Positions 9,511 through 18,700 of a DNA stretch of 64,000 bases are shown piece by piece. Every line of letters starts with the position of its first letter. Position 1 is the first letter of the stretch. Origin of the DNA: a virus. Under the pieces are notes generated by a model. That model did not search any database and was not told where the DNA came from. It saw nothing but the letters and a program-made list of their open reading frames with translations. Location of the stretch: IMG/VR virus record IMGVR_UViG_3300032315_000601, positions 6,181 through 70,180 of that record; one strand, written 5' to 3'. The position numbers and the translations under genes were made by a program.

Positions 9511-10269
9511 ATGTCTACTGTATCGTTCAAAAATGCGGCTCCTGTTATCAGTGAGCCAGAAATCATCGAAGCTCAGATCGTCTCGGTTAACTCCGAATCA
9601 AAAGCGGTCGCGACAACTTCGACTAACAAAGTGATAAGCGGCGGTGCCCGAGGCATCGAAGGCGAGATCACAACAAAGGACATTGTCCTTCCTCGCATCA
9701 ACCTAGTCCAAAAGACTGGGCCGCTCGTGGACTCGGGGATGGTCCCCGGCTCCTTTGTGTTCGACAAAGAAGTCAATCTTACCAACGGCAAAGATCCGCT
9801 GAAAGTCACGGTCTTGCGCCTTGTTAAGCAGTACAAACAGAAGTTGGAGTACGGTGATCCGTCTACCCCACTGGTGTTTACTACTCAACAAGAAGTTATA
9901 GATAACGGTGGTTCACTCCGCTATGGAGAGCCTAACTACTTCCAAGAGATTGCACATCTGTTCTTGGCGATTGCCAAACCGGACAGCATCTCTGAGCAGC
10001 ACGCTAGCCATTTCTATCGCGAACACGGTGGCAAACAATACACAAATGCTGTGTATACCGTTGCTTCCACTGCGTTCACCTCAGTCGGCAAGAAAGTCAT
10101 CAAAGCAGGCTACAGTCAGCTTCGCGATGGCCTCTGGCTTGGCGAGTGGGAATTGACAAGCCAACTCCAGAAAAATACCAAGGGATCTTGGTTTATTCCG
10201 GAGGTGACATTCCGTGGAATGCATGATAAGGATGCTACTGCGTTCTTTGATTCCATGGCGAATGCCTAG
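9511..10269 (+). CDS. Putative ssDNA-binding/recombination protein
   Basis: 252 aa between nuclease and polA; DIVLPRINLVQ and KNTKGSWFIP are typical of phage SSB-like proteins. Confidence 0.55.
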   Translation: MSTVSFKNAAPVISEPEIIEAQIVSVNSESKAVATTSTNKVISGGARGIEGEITTKDIVLPRINLVQKTGPLVDSGMVPGSFVFDKEVNLTNGKDPLKVTVLRLVKQYKQKLEYGDPSTPLVFTTQQEVIDNGGSLRYGEPNYFQEIAHLFLAIAKPDSISEQHASHFYREHGGKQYTNAVYTVASTAFTSVGKKVIKAGYSQLRDGLWLGEWELTSQLQKNTKGSWFIPEVTFRGMHDKDATAFFDSMANA

Positions 10270-10278
10270 TAATTAACA

Positions 10279-10387
10279 GTTCGGGTACGGCGAATGCTGT
10301 GCGGGGAGATCCCGCACGACAGGGTTATCGTAGGCGTTAAAACGCCCCTCATGTGTTCCCTAGTGTGAAACAAAGTTGTACCCGAAC
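10279..10387 (+). ncRNA. Candidate multi-stem structured RNA upstream of polA
   Basis: Closing stem GTTCGGGTAC/GTACCCGAAC encloses GTGCGGG/CCCGCAC, GGCGTT/AACGCC and TGT-GAA-ACA. Confidence 0.55.
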
Positions 10388-10402
10388 CTTTACTATTACA
10401 AA

Positions 10403-12157
10403 ATGGAAACCGCTGCCGTAGACTTCGAAACCTTCTACAACGAAGAAGTAGGGGTCGAAACACTGGGGGTTTGGCACTACTGTCGCCATCCTGAATTCGA
10501 AGCTTATTTGGTAACTATTGCCACTACAACGGGGCTTAAGTACTGTGGCCACCCCGAAAATTTCGATTGGTCATCTATATCGGGGGCTAACTGGCGTTGG
10601 GTCAGCCACAACAGGTCTTTTGACCAGCCTGTGTACGAGAGTCTGGTTGAATTCGATAAAGTCCCCCATCACTTTCCTGCAGTATGGGACTGCACCGCCG
10701 ATCTGTCGGCGTTCCTCGGGGCTCCGAGAAATCTTAAGAACGCCTCTGCAACTCTACTTGGCGCAGATGTGTCGAAAGACACGCGAAACAAGATGAAGGG
10801 ACAGCGTTGGGCTAATATGAACCCCGAGTTCCAGAAAGAAGTCGAGGAATACGCCATCAAAGACGCCGAACTCTGTTTACAGATATGGGAGAAATACGGC
10901 GATCGTTGGCCCGAACACGAACGGTGGCTCTCTAGGGAGACCACGAGAATGTGTCTGCAGGGTGTGCCGCTCAACAGTGTCACAATATCTGATCGCATAG
11001 AACATCTTAAAGTTTTGCTTTGGGAGGCTAGGGTCAAACTTCCGTGGGTTGAGGACGATCGCCCAACTCTCTCGGCCCTAGCATTGGCTGAAGAGTGCCG
11101 CAAAGTGGGGATCTCCCCGCCCCCTTCGTTGGCGGAGGACAGTCCGGAGTGCGAAGCATGGGAAGCCCAGTATGGTCAGACATACCCGTGGGTATCCGCT
11201 ATGCGTCAGTACCGTAAATGCAACATTCTCCTTAAGAAGCTGGAGACGATGCGCAAGCGTCTGCGACCGGATGGTTGGATGGCGTACGGCCTCAAATATT
11301 TTGGTGCTACTACGGGTAGGGACAGCGGAGACGCTGGATTGAACATGCAGAACCTCCAGCGAGCCGAGAGCTACGGGGTCAATGTTCGAGGGCTTATCGA
11401 GGCCCCAGAAGGGTACTCCTTTGTTATTTCAGATCTGTCTCAGATTGAACCGCGCTGCCTCTCATGGCTGGCGGGGGACATGGATATGCTCAACTTCATT
11501 GCCAAGAGTTCCGACCTGTACGAAGCGCAAGCCCGTGCGTGGGGCTTCTGGGACAAACCCGAATCTTTGCGGGAAGACAAGACCGGAGTGCGGCACTTGG
11601 TGAAACAACTCAACTTGGGCCTAGGCTACGGGATGGGTATAAAACGTTTCTGCGAAGTAACCGGACTCGAAACGCATAGAGCGGGAGAACTGGTCGCGCT
11701 CTACCGCAGAAAAAATCCAAAAGTTCTCGCTCTTTGGAAACTGCTGGAAAACAATCTTCGCATGTCGGTAACACGGAATGACGAGACTTACGAAATCGAA
11801 CTGCCCAGTGGGCGCAGACTCTCGTATAGAAATCCGAACAACAATGAGAGTCACCTCAGTGCTGAAATCGTTCGTGGCGGTAAATACGTACGGATGAAGT
11901 GGTGGGGAGGGTCCCTAACCGAGAATATCACGCAGGGTATGGCAAGAGACTGTTTCATGACTGCCGTGAAACGCATACGGGAAGCCAACATTCCCGTCAT
12001 CATGCGAGTCCACGACGAAGTGGTCTGCTGCGTCAAAGACAGCGAGGCTGATGTCGCCAAGAAAACTATTGAAGCAATCATGCAAAGACCGCCCGAGTGG
12101 GCTAGTAATTTGCCTCTGGCTTGCGAAACCAAGATAACCAAGAAATACGAAAAATAA
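10403..12157 (+). CDS. polA: DNA polymerase family A with 3'-5' exonuclease
   Basis: ExoI DFET, ExoII HNRSFD, ExoIII YAIKD; motif A DLSQIEPR, motif B KQLNLGLGYG, motif C VHDE. Confidence 0.93.
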   Translation: METAAVDFETFYNEEVGVETLGVWHYCRHPEFEAYLVTIATTTGLKYCGHPENFDWSSISGANWRWVSHNRSFDQPVYESLVEFDKVPHHFPAVWDCTADLSAFLGAPRNLKNASATLLGADVSKDTRNKMKGQRWANMNPEFQKEVEEYAIKDAELCLQIWEKYGDRWPEHERWLSRETTRMCLQGVPLNSVTISDRIEHLKVLLWEARVKLPWVEDDRPTLSALALAEECRKVGISPPPSLAEDSPECEAWEAQYGQTYPWVSAMRQYRKCNILLKKLETMRKRLRPDGWMAYGLKYFGATTGRDSGDAGLNMQNLQRAESYGVNVRGLIEAPEGYSFVISDLSQIEPRCLSWLAGDMDMLNFIAKSSDLYEAQARAWGFWDKPESLREDKTGVRHLVKQLNLGLGYGMGIKRFCEVTGLETHRAGELVALYRRKNPKVLALWKLLENNLRMSVTRNDETYEIELPSGRRLSYRNPNNNESHLSAEIVRGGKYVRMKWWGGSLTENITQGMARDCFMTAVKRIREANIPVIMRVHDEVVCCVKDSEADVAKKTIEAIMQRPPEWASNLPLACETKITKKYEK

Positions 12158-12158
12158 T

Positions 12159-12542
12159 ATGTTAAACACTGAATTCGCCACCTACAAACCCGAAGATTTC
12201 GGACTTGAATCTAGACCCAAAACTGAAGCTGAACGCTACGCTATTATGCGGAATACAGCCCACGACTTGGGTATCGAAACCAAGCTGGGGCGGGAGTGCT
12301 TCCACGCATTGTGCGAAGCGGCCATCCTACTTGATCGCAAGAACCGGGACTATGGTCCGGGGAATATTAGCGCGTTTGGAGAGAAGGGCGTCATTGTCCG
12401 ACTCAACGATAAGATCGAACGACTCAAGACACTGGTCTGGAACGACAAGTCTCCTGAACACGAAAAGGTCTCCGACACTTGGCTCGATGTAACGAACTAC
12501 GGAATCATCGGGCTCATGTGCCACAGGGGTCTTTGGAAATAA
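12159..12542 (+). CDS. DUF1599 / nucleotide-modification-associated domain 1 protein
   Basis: KNRDYG, VRLNDKIERL, DTWLDVTNY. Confidence 0.75.
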   Translation: MLNTEFATYKPEDFGLESRPKTEAERYAIMRNTAHDLGIETKLGRECFHALCEAAILLDRKNRDYGPGNISAFGEKGVIVRLNDKIERLKTLVWNDKSPEHEKVSDTWLDVTNYGIIGLMCHRGLWK

Positions 12543-12548
12543 CTCATC

Positions 12549-12770
12549 ATGTCAAACACACAAATGACACAGGAATCGCTGGACGTTCTAGAAAAACTTA
12601 GTGGTTGGACAGAGGGTCGCAAGTACGAAGAGAACCATTGGCCTAGTATAGTAGTGCTGGCAACTGGCGAGGATGGAGTAATGTGGATGCACCGGGATGA
12701 TGGTGAAAAGATAAAGCGGCTAGAACATATGGACATCGATGGAAAAGTCTTCGTGAGAGATCCACAATGA
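12549..12770 (+). CDS. Hypothetical protein
   Basis: 73 aa, ATGA overlap with the primase gene. Confidence 0.65.
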   Translation: MSNTQMTQESLDVLEKLSGWTEGRKYEENHWPSIVVLATGEDGVMWMHRDDGEKIKRLEHMDIDGKVFVRDPQ

Positions 12771-14920
12771 AAACATTCTACGCAAAGAACCTAGCCTCGT
12801 CGGACGTGCAGGAAATGCCATGCGACCCATGGCTGGCAACTTCATCCGGATACCCCGCCAACGTAGCCACTAAAGATGACTACGAAAAATGGGTACGGGA
12901 CAAAGCTGTCGACCACTGCTTCTACACAGCGGCGGAAGGCGTCAATCCGCACAAGCGCATTTCGCTGGAGAATCCCGCGAAGTGGCTGCACGGACTGGTT
13001 GCGGACTACGATGCAAAGCTCGATCCTAACTTCAACCTGCAGGACATACTTTCGCGTTGCGATGCGGACGCGATGCCTGCTGCGGTAAGCCGTACTTTCA
13101 GCGGCAACGCCCGTGTAGTCTGGCAGTTCGACTCTCCCGTGCTGGTGGACTGTCCGGAGATGACGAAGCACCTGATGAAGGAGATTGCCAAGAAGTTCAA
13201 GCTGGGCAACGTCCTTCCGGGAATCGACGAATGCACCTTCAGACTAAACCAGCTATTTGAAATCGGCCACGGCTGGGTACCCGTAAGCGGTACTCCCGGA
13301 GTAGCCGATACCGTGACGGGGGACTTGATCGTCAAGGCCAGCGGCAAGGTGGACTGGAACAAAGTCGCAGGAAGCGATCTCGAAATCCCCATTGATAAGA
13401 TCGCAGCCGAAGTCGAAGCTCGCTGGCCCGGAGCATGGCCGGGAGACTTCACCGTGGGTTCCCGTGGCCCGACCTTCTGGCTTAACGATGGGATCACCCG
13501 CATCGGGTGTCAGGTAGCCGAGGCAGGGATTATCTGCTACACGGATCGTGCTGGTAAGTCGTTTATGACTTGGGGCGATCTGCTGGGCAAACAATTCGTC
13601 GATCAGTACCGCCAAGAGGTGATCGGCAAAGCCGTCATGGAGTATTACTATGATGGCAAGGCGTACTGGTTCAAGAACGGAGCCAATCGCTGGTACGATG
13701 CGAAAGTGGAGAACGTGGCTCGAAGTCTCAGGGTTCATGGGATCAAGACTGAGTCCAAGAAGGGTGCATCTCAAATGGACCGAGTACTCCACGCAATCGA
13801 GACCCAGAGACGGGTAGATGCGGCGGCTCCGATCCTGTTCGACAAGCGGGAGATAGTCGATGTCGGCAACACCAGAATACTTAACATCAACTACCGCACT
13901 GCGATTGCTCCTGCTGATACGGGAGATGAGTCTACTTGGCCGTGGCTCAGAGAGTGGGTCTGGTCCTGCTTTGGCGAGGAACAGCTTCCCTACTGGCTGG
14001 CCTACTGGAAACGCAAGTACAAAGCAGCCTTGGAGTTCGAACCTGTGCAAAGTCAGTTGATTGTACTGGCTGGCGGTGCGGGTCAGGGCAAAACCCTGTT
14101 CAACCGCAAGGTCATGGGCGATAGTCTGGGCGGCTGGGCGGACGCTGCCCCTTATTTACAGGGTAAAACCAGCTTCAACAAGACAGTGGCCGAACATCCG
14201 CATTGGGTGGTCGATGACCCTCAATCGGCTATTGATCCGGACAAACACCGTCAGTTCTCAGAATCTTTGAAAGCCCACGTAGCCAACCCCACGGTTATCT
14301 ACCATCCAAAGTTCAAGGATGCCACAGAACTGCCGTGGACGGGGTGTATGTGCCTGACACTCAACACTGACGCACACTCCCTGTCGGTCCTACCCACTCT
14401 GGATAACAACATTCTTGATAAGATAATGCTTTTCCAGTTCGAAGACTACCAGCACAAGTTCTCCTCCAACAAAGAGAACGAGGAGATTATTAAGAAAGAA
14501 CTGCCACACTTCTTGCGGTGGTTGCTCGACTATTCACCGCCCATCCACGTCGAGTGGTCCGAGAATCCAAGGTTCGGGATACGGCCCTACCACCATCCCA
14601 AGATGATGGAGTCGGCCAATGAGGACTCCGCTGCTACCAAACTAGAGGAGATCCTCGATCGGTGGGCCAGTGGGGTGCGCCGTGACGAGAAGACCAAGAA
14701 AGAATGGAAGGGTACGGCAACGGACCTGTTCTCCAGCATCATGGGTATGGATGAAGGTATGCTCAAGCCGCTGCTGTCGCGGTACACTCCAGTGAGACTT
14801 GGCCGCGAACTGCGCATGTTGGCAAACAGATCTTCAAGTAGGGTCTTGCGTCATGTCTCACATCATGGTAAAACTTGGTACGTAATTTCAGTTGAGGAAA
14901 CTTTTACCAAGAAAAAATAA
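12767..14920 (+). CDS. Primase-helicase (AEP-like N-terminus, SF3/D5-like ATPase)
   Basis: ADYD and SRTFSGNARVVW primase-like motifs; Walker A GGAGQGKT, Walker B VVDD. Confidence 0.82.
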   Translation: MKTFYAKNLASSDVQEMPCDPWLATSSGYPANVATKDDYEKWVRDKAVDHCFYTAAEGVNPHKRISLENPAKWLHGLVADYDAKLDPNFNLQDILSRCDADAMPAAVSRTFSGNARVVWQFDSPVLVDCPEMTKHLMKEIAKKFKLGNVLPGIDECTFRLNQLFEIGHGWVPVSGTPGVADTVTGDLIVKASGKVDWNKVAGSDLEIPIDKIAAEVEARWPGAWPGDFTVGSRGPTFWLNDGITRIGCQVAEAGIICYTDRAGKSFMTWGDLLGKQFVDQYRQEVIGKAVMEYYYDGKAYWFKNGANRWYDAKVENVARSLRVHGIKTESKKGASQMDRVLHAIETQRRVDAAAPILFDKREIVDVGNTRILNINYRTAIAPADTGDESTWPWLREWVWSCFGEEQLPYWLAYWKRKYKAALEFEPVQSQLIVLAGGAGQGKTLFNRKVMGDSLGGWADAAPYLQGKTSFNKTVAEHPHWVVDDPQSAIDPDKHRQFSESLKAHVANPTVIYHPKFKDATELPWTGCMCLTLNTDAHSLSVLPTLDNNILDKIMLFQFEDYQHKFSSNKENEEIIKKELPHFLRWLLDYSPPIHVEWSENPRFGIRPYHHPKMMESANEDSAATKLEEILDRWASGVRRDEKTKKEWKGTATDLFSSIMGMDEGMLKPLLSRYTPVRLGRELRMLANRSSSRVLRHVSHHGKTWYVISVEETFTKKK

Positions 14921-14922
14921 TT

Positions 14923-15195
14923 ATGGGCGACCAATATAAAACAGTATTTGAAAAAGTTAAGACATTCCCCGGTCCAACAGCTAGGGGCCGTGTTCTCCAA
15001 GCGCGTGCTGAAGCTTACGATAAAGTTAAACCTCGCAGTAAAGGGAGTGCAGGTCGCGACTCAGCTGGAGTTCAAAGAGATAACGAATATTATTTCGGGG
15101 GTAGGGATGGAGTGGCTGCCTACCAAAAACTATTCCAATCACAATCAGACAGTACCCTAAAGAAAGCAAAGGACTCGATGTCCAAGAAAAAATAA
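14923..15195 (+). CDS. Small basic hypothetical protein
   Basis: 90 aa; shares DKVKPRSxGSAGRxSA with 15529..15783. Confidence 0.7.
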   Translation: MGDQYKTVFEKVKTFPGPTARGRVLQARAEAYDKVKPRSKGSAGRDSAGVQRDNEYYFGGRDGVAAYQKLFQSQSDSTLKKAKDSMSKKK

Positions 15196-15200
15196 TTAAT

Positions 15201-15524
15201 ATGATCCCTATCAATCGCACTAACACCGGATACACTCCTCCGCGCCCTAACGTAACTGCAAGTACCCTCGCACCGCTTAGCGGAGCTAGGGGGAACATGG
15301 GTCAACTTCAAAGTAGTCTCGCGTACCAACAAGCAGGTATGGAGGGTAAGAGACAGATGGAGCAGAACGTCGATATGGGCCGACCTGTCGGGGTTCGGGA
15401 CGTGGCTCGCTACGAGCAAGACCTCGAACAGCAGAAAATGAGGGAAGCCGCCGCCCTGCGAGTCGGTCAAGGCATGCCCCAGTTGGCGCAGGCCAAGAAA
15501 AACTTCGAGACAAACGTATTCTAA
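15201..15524 (+). CDS. Hypothetical protein
   Basis: 107 aa, tightly packed in the operon. Confidence 0.7.
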   Translation: MIPINRTNTGYTPPRPNVTASTLAPLSGARGNMGQLQSSLAYQQAGMEGKRQMEQNVDMGRPVGVRDVARYEQDLEQQKMREAAALRVGQGMPQLAQAKKNFETNVF

Positions 15525-15528
15525 AAAT

Positions 15529-15783
15529 ATGGACAAACTCAAACAAGCCAAAGATTTTTTCGATAAAGTCAAACCACGCAGCGCGGGTAGCGCAGGGCGT
15601 GAGTCTGCCGAGAAACAAAGGAAGCGGGATCGCATTTTGCGCGACCTCGGTGCTGGTCCCACGATTTCGGTGGAGAGGATTCCGAATGCCAAAATGATCA
15701 TGCCGTCCACGGAAAGCATGATGCGGGAGGGCGAGATGGATCTGGTCAACTACCCCCGCAATACTCGCGGCGTGAAGAAATAG
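15529..15783 (+). CDS. Small basic hypothetical protein
   Basis: 84 aa; shares motif with 14923..15195. Confidence 0.7.
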   Translation: MDKLKQAKDFFDKVKPRSAGSAGRESAEKQRKRDRILRDLGAGPTISVERIPNAKMIMPSTESMMREGEMDLVNYPRNTRGVKK

Positions 15784-15913
15784 CTGGCGCGGCCCCTCGA
15801 CGGGACCCCAGTTTACTAAATAACCACCTACACACAACCCCTCCCCGGCGGCTAAAATTGAGTTTGAGTTATCAGTACTATTTGTACCCAAGAATTTGGA
15901 GCCCGGAGGGCGG

Positions 15914-16318
15914 TTGGGTAGGGATGGGTAGGGGTGGAAAAATCTGTAGCATGTACCTTGGAACCAAGGAGTTACGAGAAAGTGGGTAGGGGTGGGTAGG
16001 GGTGAGGGTAGGGGTGAAAAATTATTTATAAGTTCCTGGGTTCCAAGGACTTAACCCCGATTGGGTAGGGGATGTAGGGCTTTTTTTGGAAACCGTGCGG
16101 CTCCGCGCCGTATTTTCCCGCCCGCTGGGGGTTTCCCGGTTCCTTATATTATAATTTATCTTCAATCAATTTAAAAAAGCCCTACATCCCCTACCCAACC
16201 CCAGTTAAGTACCTTGAAAATCAAGCACTTAAGGTGGGTAGGGGTGGAATTTTTCGCGATTTCCTCCCCTACCCTTTCTCTGTAGGTGGGTAGGGGTGAC
16301 TTTTTCCTCCCCTACCCA
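15914..16318. repeat. GGGTAGGG(G) iteron array with 26-bp inverted repeat; probable replication origin
   Basis: About 11 copies on both strands; perfect IR 16061-16086 / 16173-16198 around an AT-rich tract; lies downstream of the primase operon. Confidence 0.7.
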
Positions 16319-16861
16319 ATATGATATTCTGATTCTTGGATCCTTTGTTCGGGGTATTAGTATCGTTAAACGGTACTTTTGAGTACTGAATCGTAAATAG
16401 TCCAAGCCAAATTTGAACTATTGGTCATTCTGTATGCTTTTGACATGTCTCCCTGACTCCCACATGCGCTTTGTTTGGTTCCCTGTACGCTAGGGTACAG
16501 TAGTGTCTCAGGAACGTTACACTGGGGTGGTATTGAAAAGTGCGTAGTTTTTGTGACAGGGTCGAAGTCTCCGGTGTACTCCCGCCCCCTGATCCCCCTA
16601 CTTTTGATTCTTTGGCCCCTAGGAGGCGTTTTCATGGGTTCAGGGGGTCCAAGGTCGGGAAACCAAAAAATTTTTTCTTAGAGGGTGTATATATTGAAGC
16701 TCTGTTCTGTATAGCGGGTGATAGGGGTACCCGCGTGGTGGTTGCGTGGATTACAGACGTGCGTAGACGCTGTAGCTACGGCGTTGGATTCCGAGCGGCC
16801 CTCGGCGTTTTTTTCCGCCTGTTTGCTGTCCATCGGTATGCATGATGCAGCGACAAGCTGT

Positions 16862-17313
16862 CCGCTCAAGCGGTTGGTTCTTTATACAGTATCTGCGGCG
16901 AGGCCGAGTGGCCTCAATGTGATCGCCGAGACAAGGACGATTCACTCCCACGCCGGAAAGTGGGAAACGGTAGCGATGGGATTTCCCTCCGCCTCGACCC
17001 GTAGACGAAATGACGTGCAGGGCGCGATTAGCAACGCATCAAAACCTACTGAGACACGTCAACGTCCACGCGCACGGACAGCGCAAAGCAAACAACTCTG
17101 CTTCAAGAGTCAACCCAACCCTCAACCCTCGGACATTCTGCGGTATGCGGATGTTCTTAAGTTCCTGACCGATAACTCTACAATTCACCTTGTGTAATGC
17201 GGCCAGCGAATCAGAGGCTCACCCAGTCCGGTTTATTCTCGGGCTGGGTGTAATCTGCAGGAATCGAAACCATCATCGCTTCGCGGTGCATGACCCTTCG
17301 GCCTCCTGCAGAT
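16862..17313 (+). ncRNA. Highly structured non-coding leader before the first early gene
   Basis: Hairpins GAGGCC/GGCCTC, TCCCAC/GTGGGA, TGACGTG/CACGTCA, CACCCAGTCCG/CGGGCTGGGTG, ATCTGCAGGA/TCCTGCAGAT. Confidence 0.4.
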
Positions 17314-17337
17314 AAACACCCAGTTAGAAATAAAAAG

Positions 17338-17829
17338 ATGAATAATCAAGTTACAACATTCAACGCCAACCGCAACGCTCTGGTCATCCCTTCGGAGATC
17401 AGCCAGATCATCAACGCCAAGGCCAAGGACGGCAAGACGTTCGAAGGTGGAGAGTTCTCCATCTGCACGTTCAAAGCCTTCGCGGCAAACATGGGCGTGG
17501 AGAAGCCGATCAAAGGCGGCGAACGCTCGGAGTGGAACGAGTGCAAGCGTGTCTACAATGACGCGAAGCTCTCGGCCAGCCGTTGGTATCGTGAGAACAT
17601 GGGCAAAGCCCTCGCAGATCAGACGCTCGCAGGTCAGAAAATGAGCGTCCAAGTGTTCCGTAAGCAGGATGGTTCGGTTCGCCGCAAGGTGTCCTTCACC
17701 TTGGCTGACCCGATCACGTCCTCGGCCAAGTCCTCGCCGAAACTGACCCGCACGCAACTCGAAGCGGCGGCAGCGCAGATGGGCTTCAAGCTCGTCGACC
17801 AAGAACAGGGCGAGTTGACCCTCGCCTAA
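17338..17829 (+). CDS. Hypothetical early protein
   Basis: 163 aa, strong C/G third-position bias, A-rich leader, followed by a hairpin. Confidence 0.8.
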   Translation: MNNQVTTFNANRNALVIPSEISQIINAKAKDGKTFEGGEFSICTFKAFAANMGVEKPIKGGERSEWNECKRVYNDAKLSASRWYRENMGKALADQTLAGQKMSVQVFRKQDGSVRRKVSFTLADPITSSAKSSPKLTRTQLEAAAAQMGFKLVDQEQGELTLA

Positions 17830-17846
17830 CAGTTAGGGCGCATCCA

Positions 17847-17873
17847 CTGCCCTTCCCTTCGGGGGAGGGTAGT
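17847..17873 (+). terminator. GC hairpin with TTCG loop after gene
   Basis: CTGCCCTTCCC-TTCG-GGGGAGGGTAG; U tail weak. Confidence 0.5.
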
Positions 17874-17876
17874 CTT

Positions 17877-18083
17877 ATGTCCTACCTAATGAAACATACA
17901 CCGAAAGCTCGGAATGGCACCACGGCGCAAGTCTGCGCTGGTGCGTCACTTCGCACGTTCGATCGCTTCCACGATACTCCGTGGAATTGGCATCCAGAGC
18001 GTAAGCACTGGAAGTCTCGTCGCAAGCTACAGCCTATGTCCTATCGGCAGCTTGTGGAATTCATGATGCACCAGCCCCTGTAA
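17877..18083 (+). CDS. Hypothetical protein
   Basis: 68 aa ATG ORF, ERKHWKSRRKLQ motif. Confidence 0.5.
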   Translation: MSYLMKHTPKARNGTTAQVCAGASLRTFDRFHDTPWNWHPERKHWKSRRKLQPMSYRQLVEFMMHQPL

Positions 18084-18183
18084 CTTGGGCGGGAGCCGAA
18101 CCTATCATCACTCCACATCCGTGCAACACGGAACGGATTTCAAATCCGTAGGGGTAACAGAGTCCGTTGTCAGACCTCTGACC

Positions 18184-18690
18184 CTAATCTGACAGAATCC
18201 CTGTCTCCTCGACCACTTCTGCGTCGATGATCTCGGATTCGATGTCCACCTTCGTCACGGCACCTCCAGCTGTCTGCTGCAGCCAACCAACATTCACGAT
18301 CGTGCTCTTGGTATTCTCTGAATCTTCGAGGCCAGCAGCCTTTCGAGCCATAGAATCCGCGATCTGGGCATCTTTCCACGTCCTCGGGGCTGGAAGGTTA
18401 GCCTCGCGCAGCGCAGAATTCGCCTTGTCGAATACCAATCGCCTGTGTGCCGAGCCTTTGGATTTCCAGTCTGTCTCCATCATGTCGGCAACTTTCTCTA
18501 CGAGAGATTTTTCCAATGGAACGCTGTCTGGAAGTTTCCGTATCTTATTCCATCCAGCTTTCCATGCCTTTGTGGACACTGTTTCTCTGTTAATTCCGAA
18601 CTTGTCAGCAATGTCATTTGTGGACATTCCAGCAAGGTAGCACGTTTTAACTGCGAGCCATGTCTCTCTCGCTATCTTCGTTTTAGCCAT
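18184..18690 (-). CDS. Probable terminase small subunit (N-terminal HTH)
   Basis: WLAVKTCYLAGMSTNDIADKFGINRETVSTKAWKAGW HTH; ARKAAGL; C-terminal IIDAEVVE. Confidence 0.65.
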   Translation of the reverse strand: MAKTKIARETWLAVKTCYLAGMSTNDIADKFGINRETVSTKAWKAGWNKIRKLPDSVPLEKSLVEKVADMMETDWKSKGSAHRRLVFDKANSALREANLPAPRTWKDAQIADSMARKAAGLEDSENTKSTIVNVGWLQQTAGGAVTKVDIESEIIDAEVVEETGILSD

Positions 18691-18700
18691 TGATCCCTTG

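Noticed and set aside
13253-14050. 265-aa antisense ORF, and similar antisense ORFs over int, polA, AAA, vWA and tail genes
   Set aside because: Shadows of GC-biased codon usage in the real opposite-strand genes; no motifs
15120-15891. Two ~200-aa minus-strand ORFs
   Set aside because: They overlap three tightly packed plus-strand genes with good starts and a shared motif
15914-16318. CRISPR array
   Set aside because: Repeats are 8-9 nt, in both orientations, with irregular spacing and no spacer structure
17000-17065. Hammerhead ribozyme (CGAAA and CTGAGA)
   Set aside because: Core is not CUGAnGA and the three stems cannot be assembled
16366-17197. ORFs in the origin/leader region (including 159 aa at 16718)
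   Set aside because: Weak starts, no codon bias or motifs; region is dominated by repeats and hairpins
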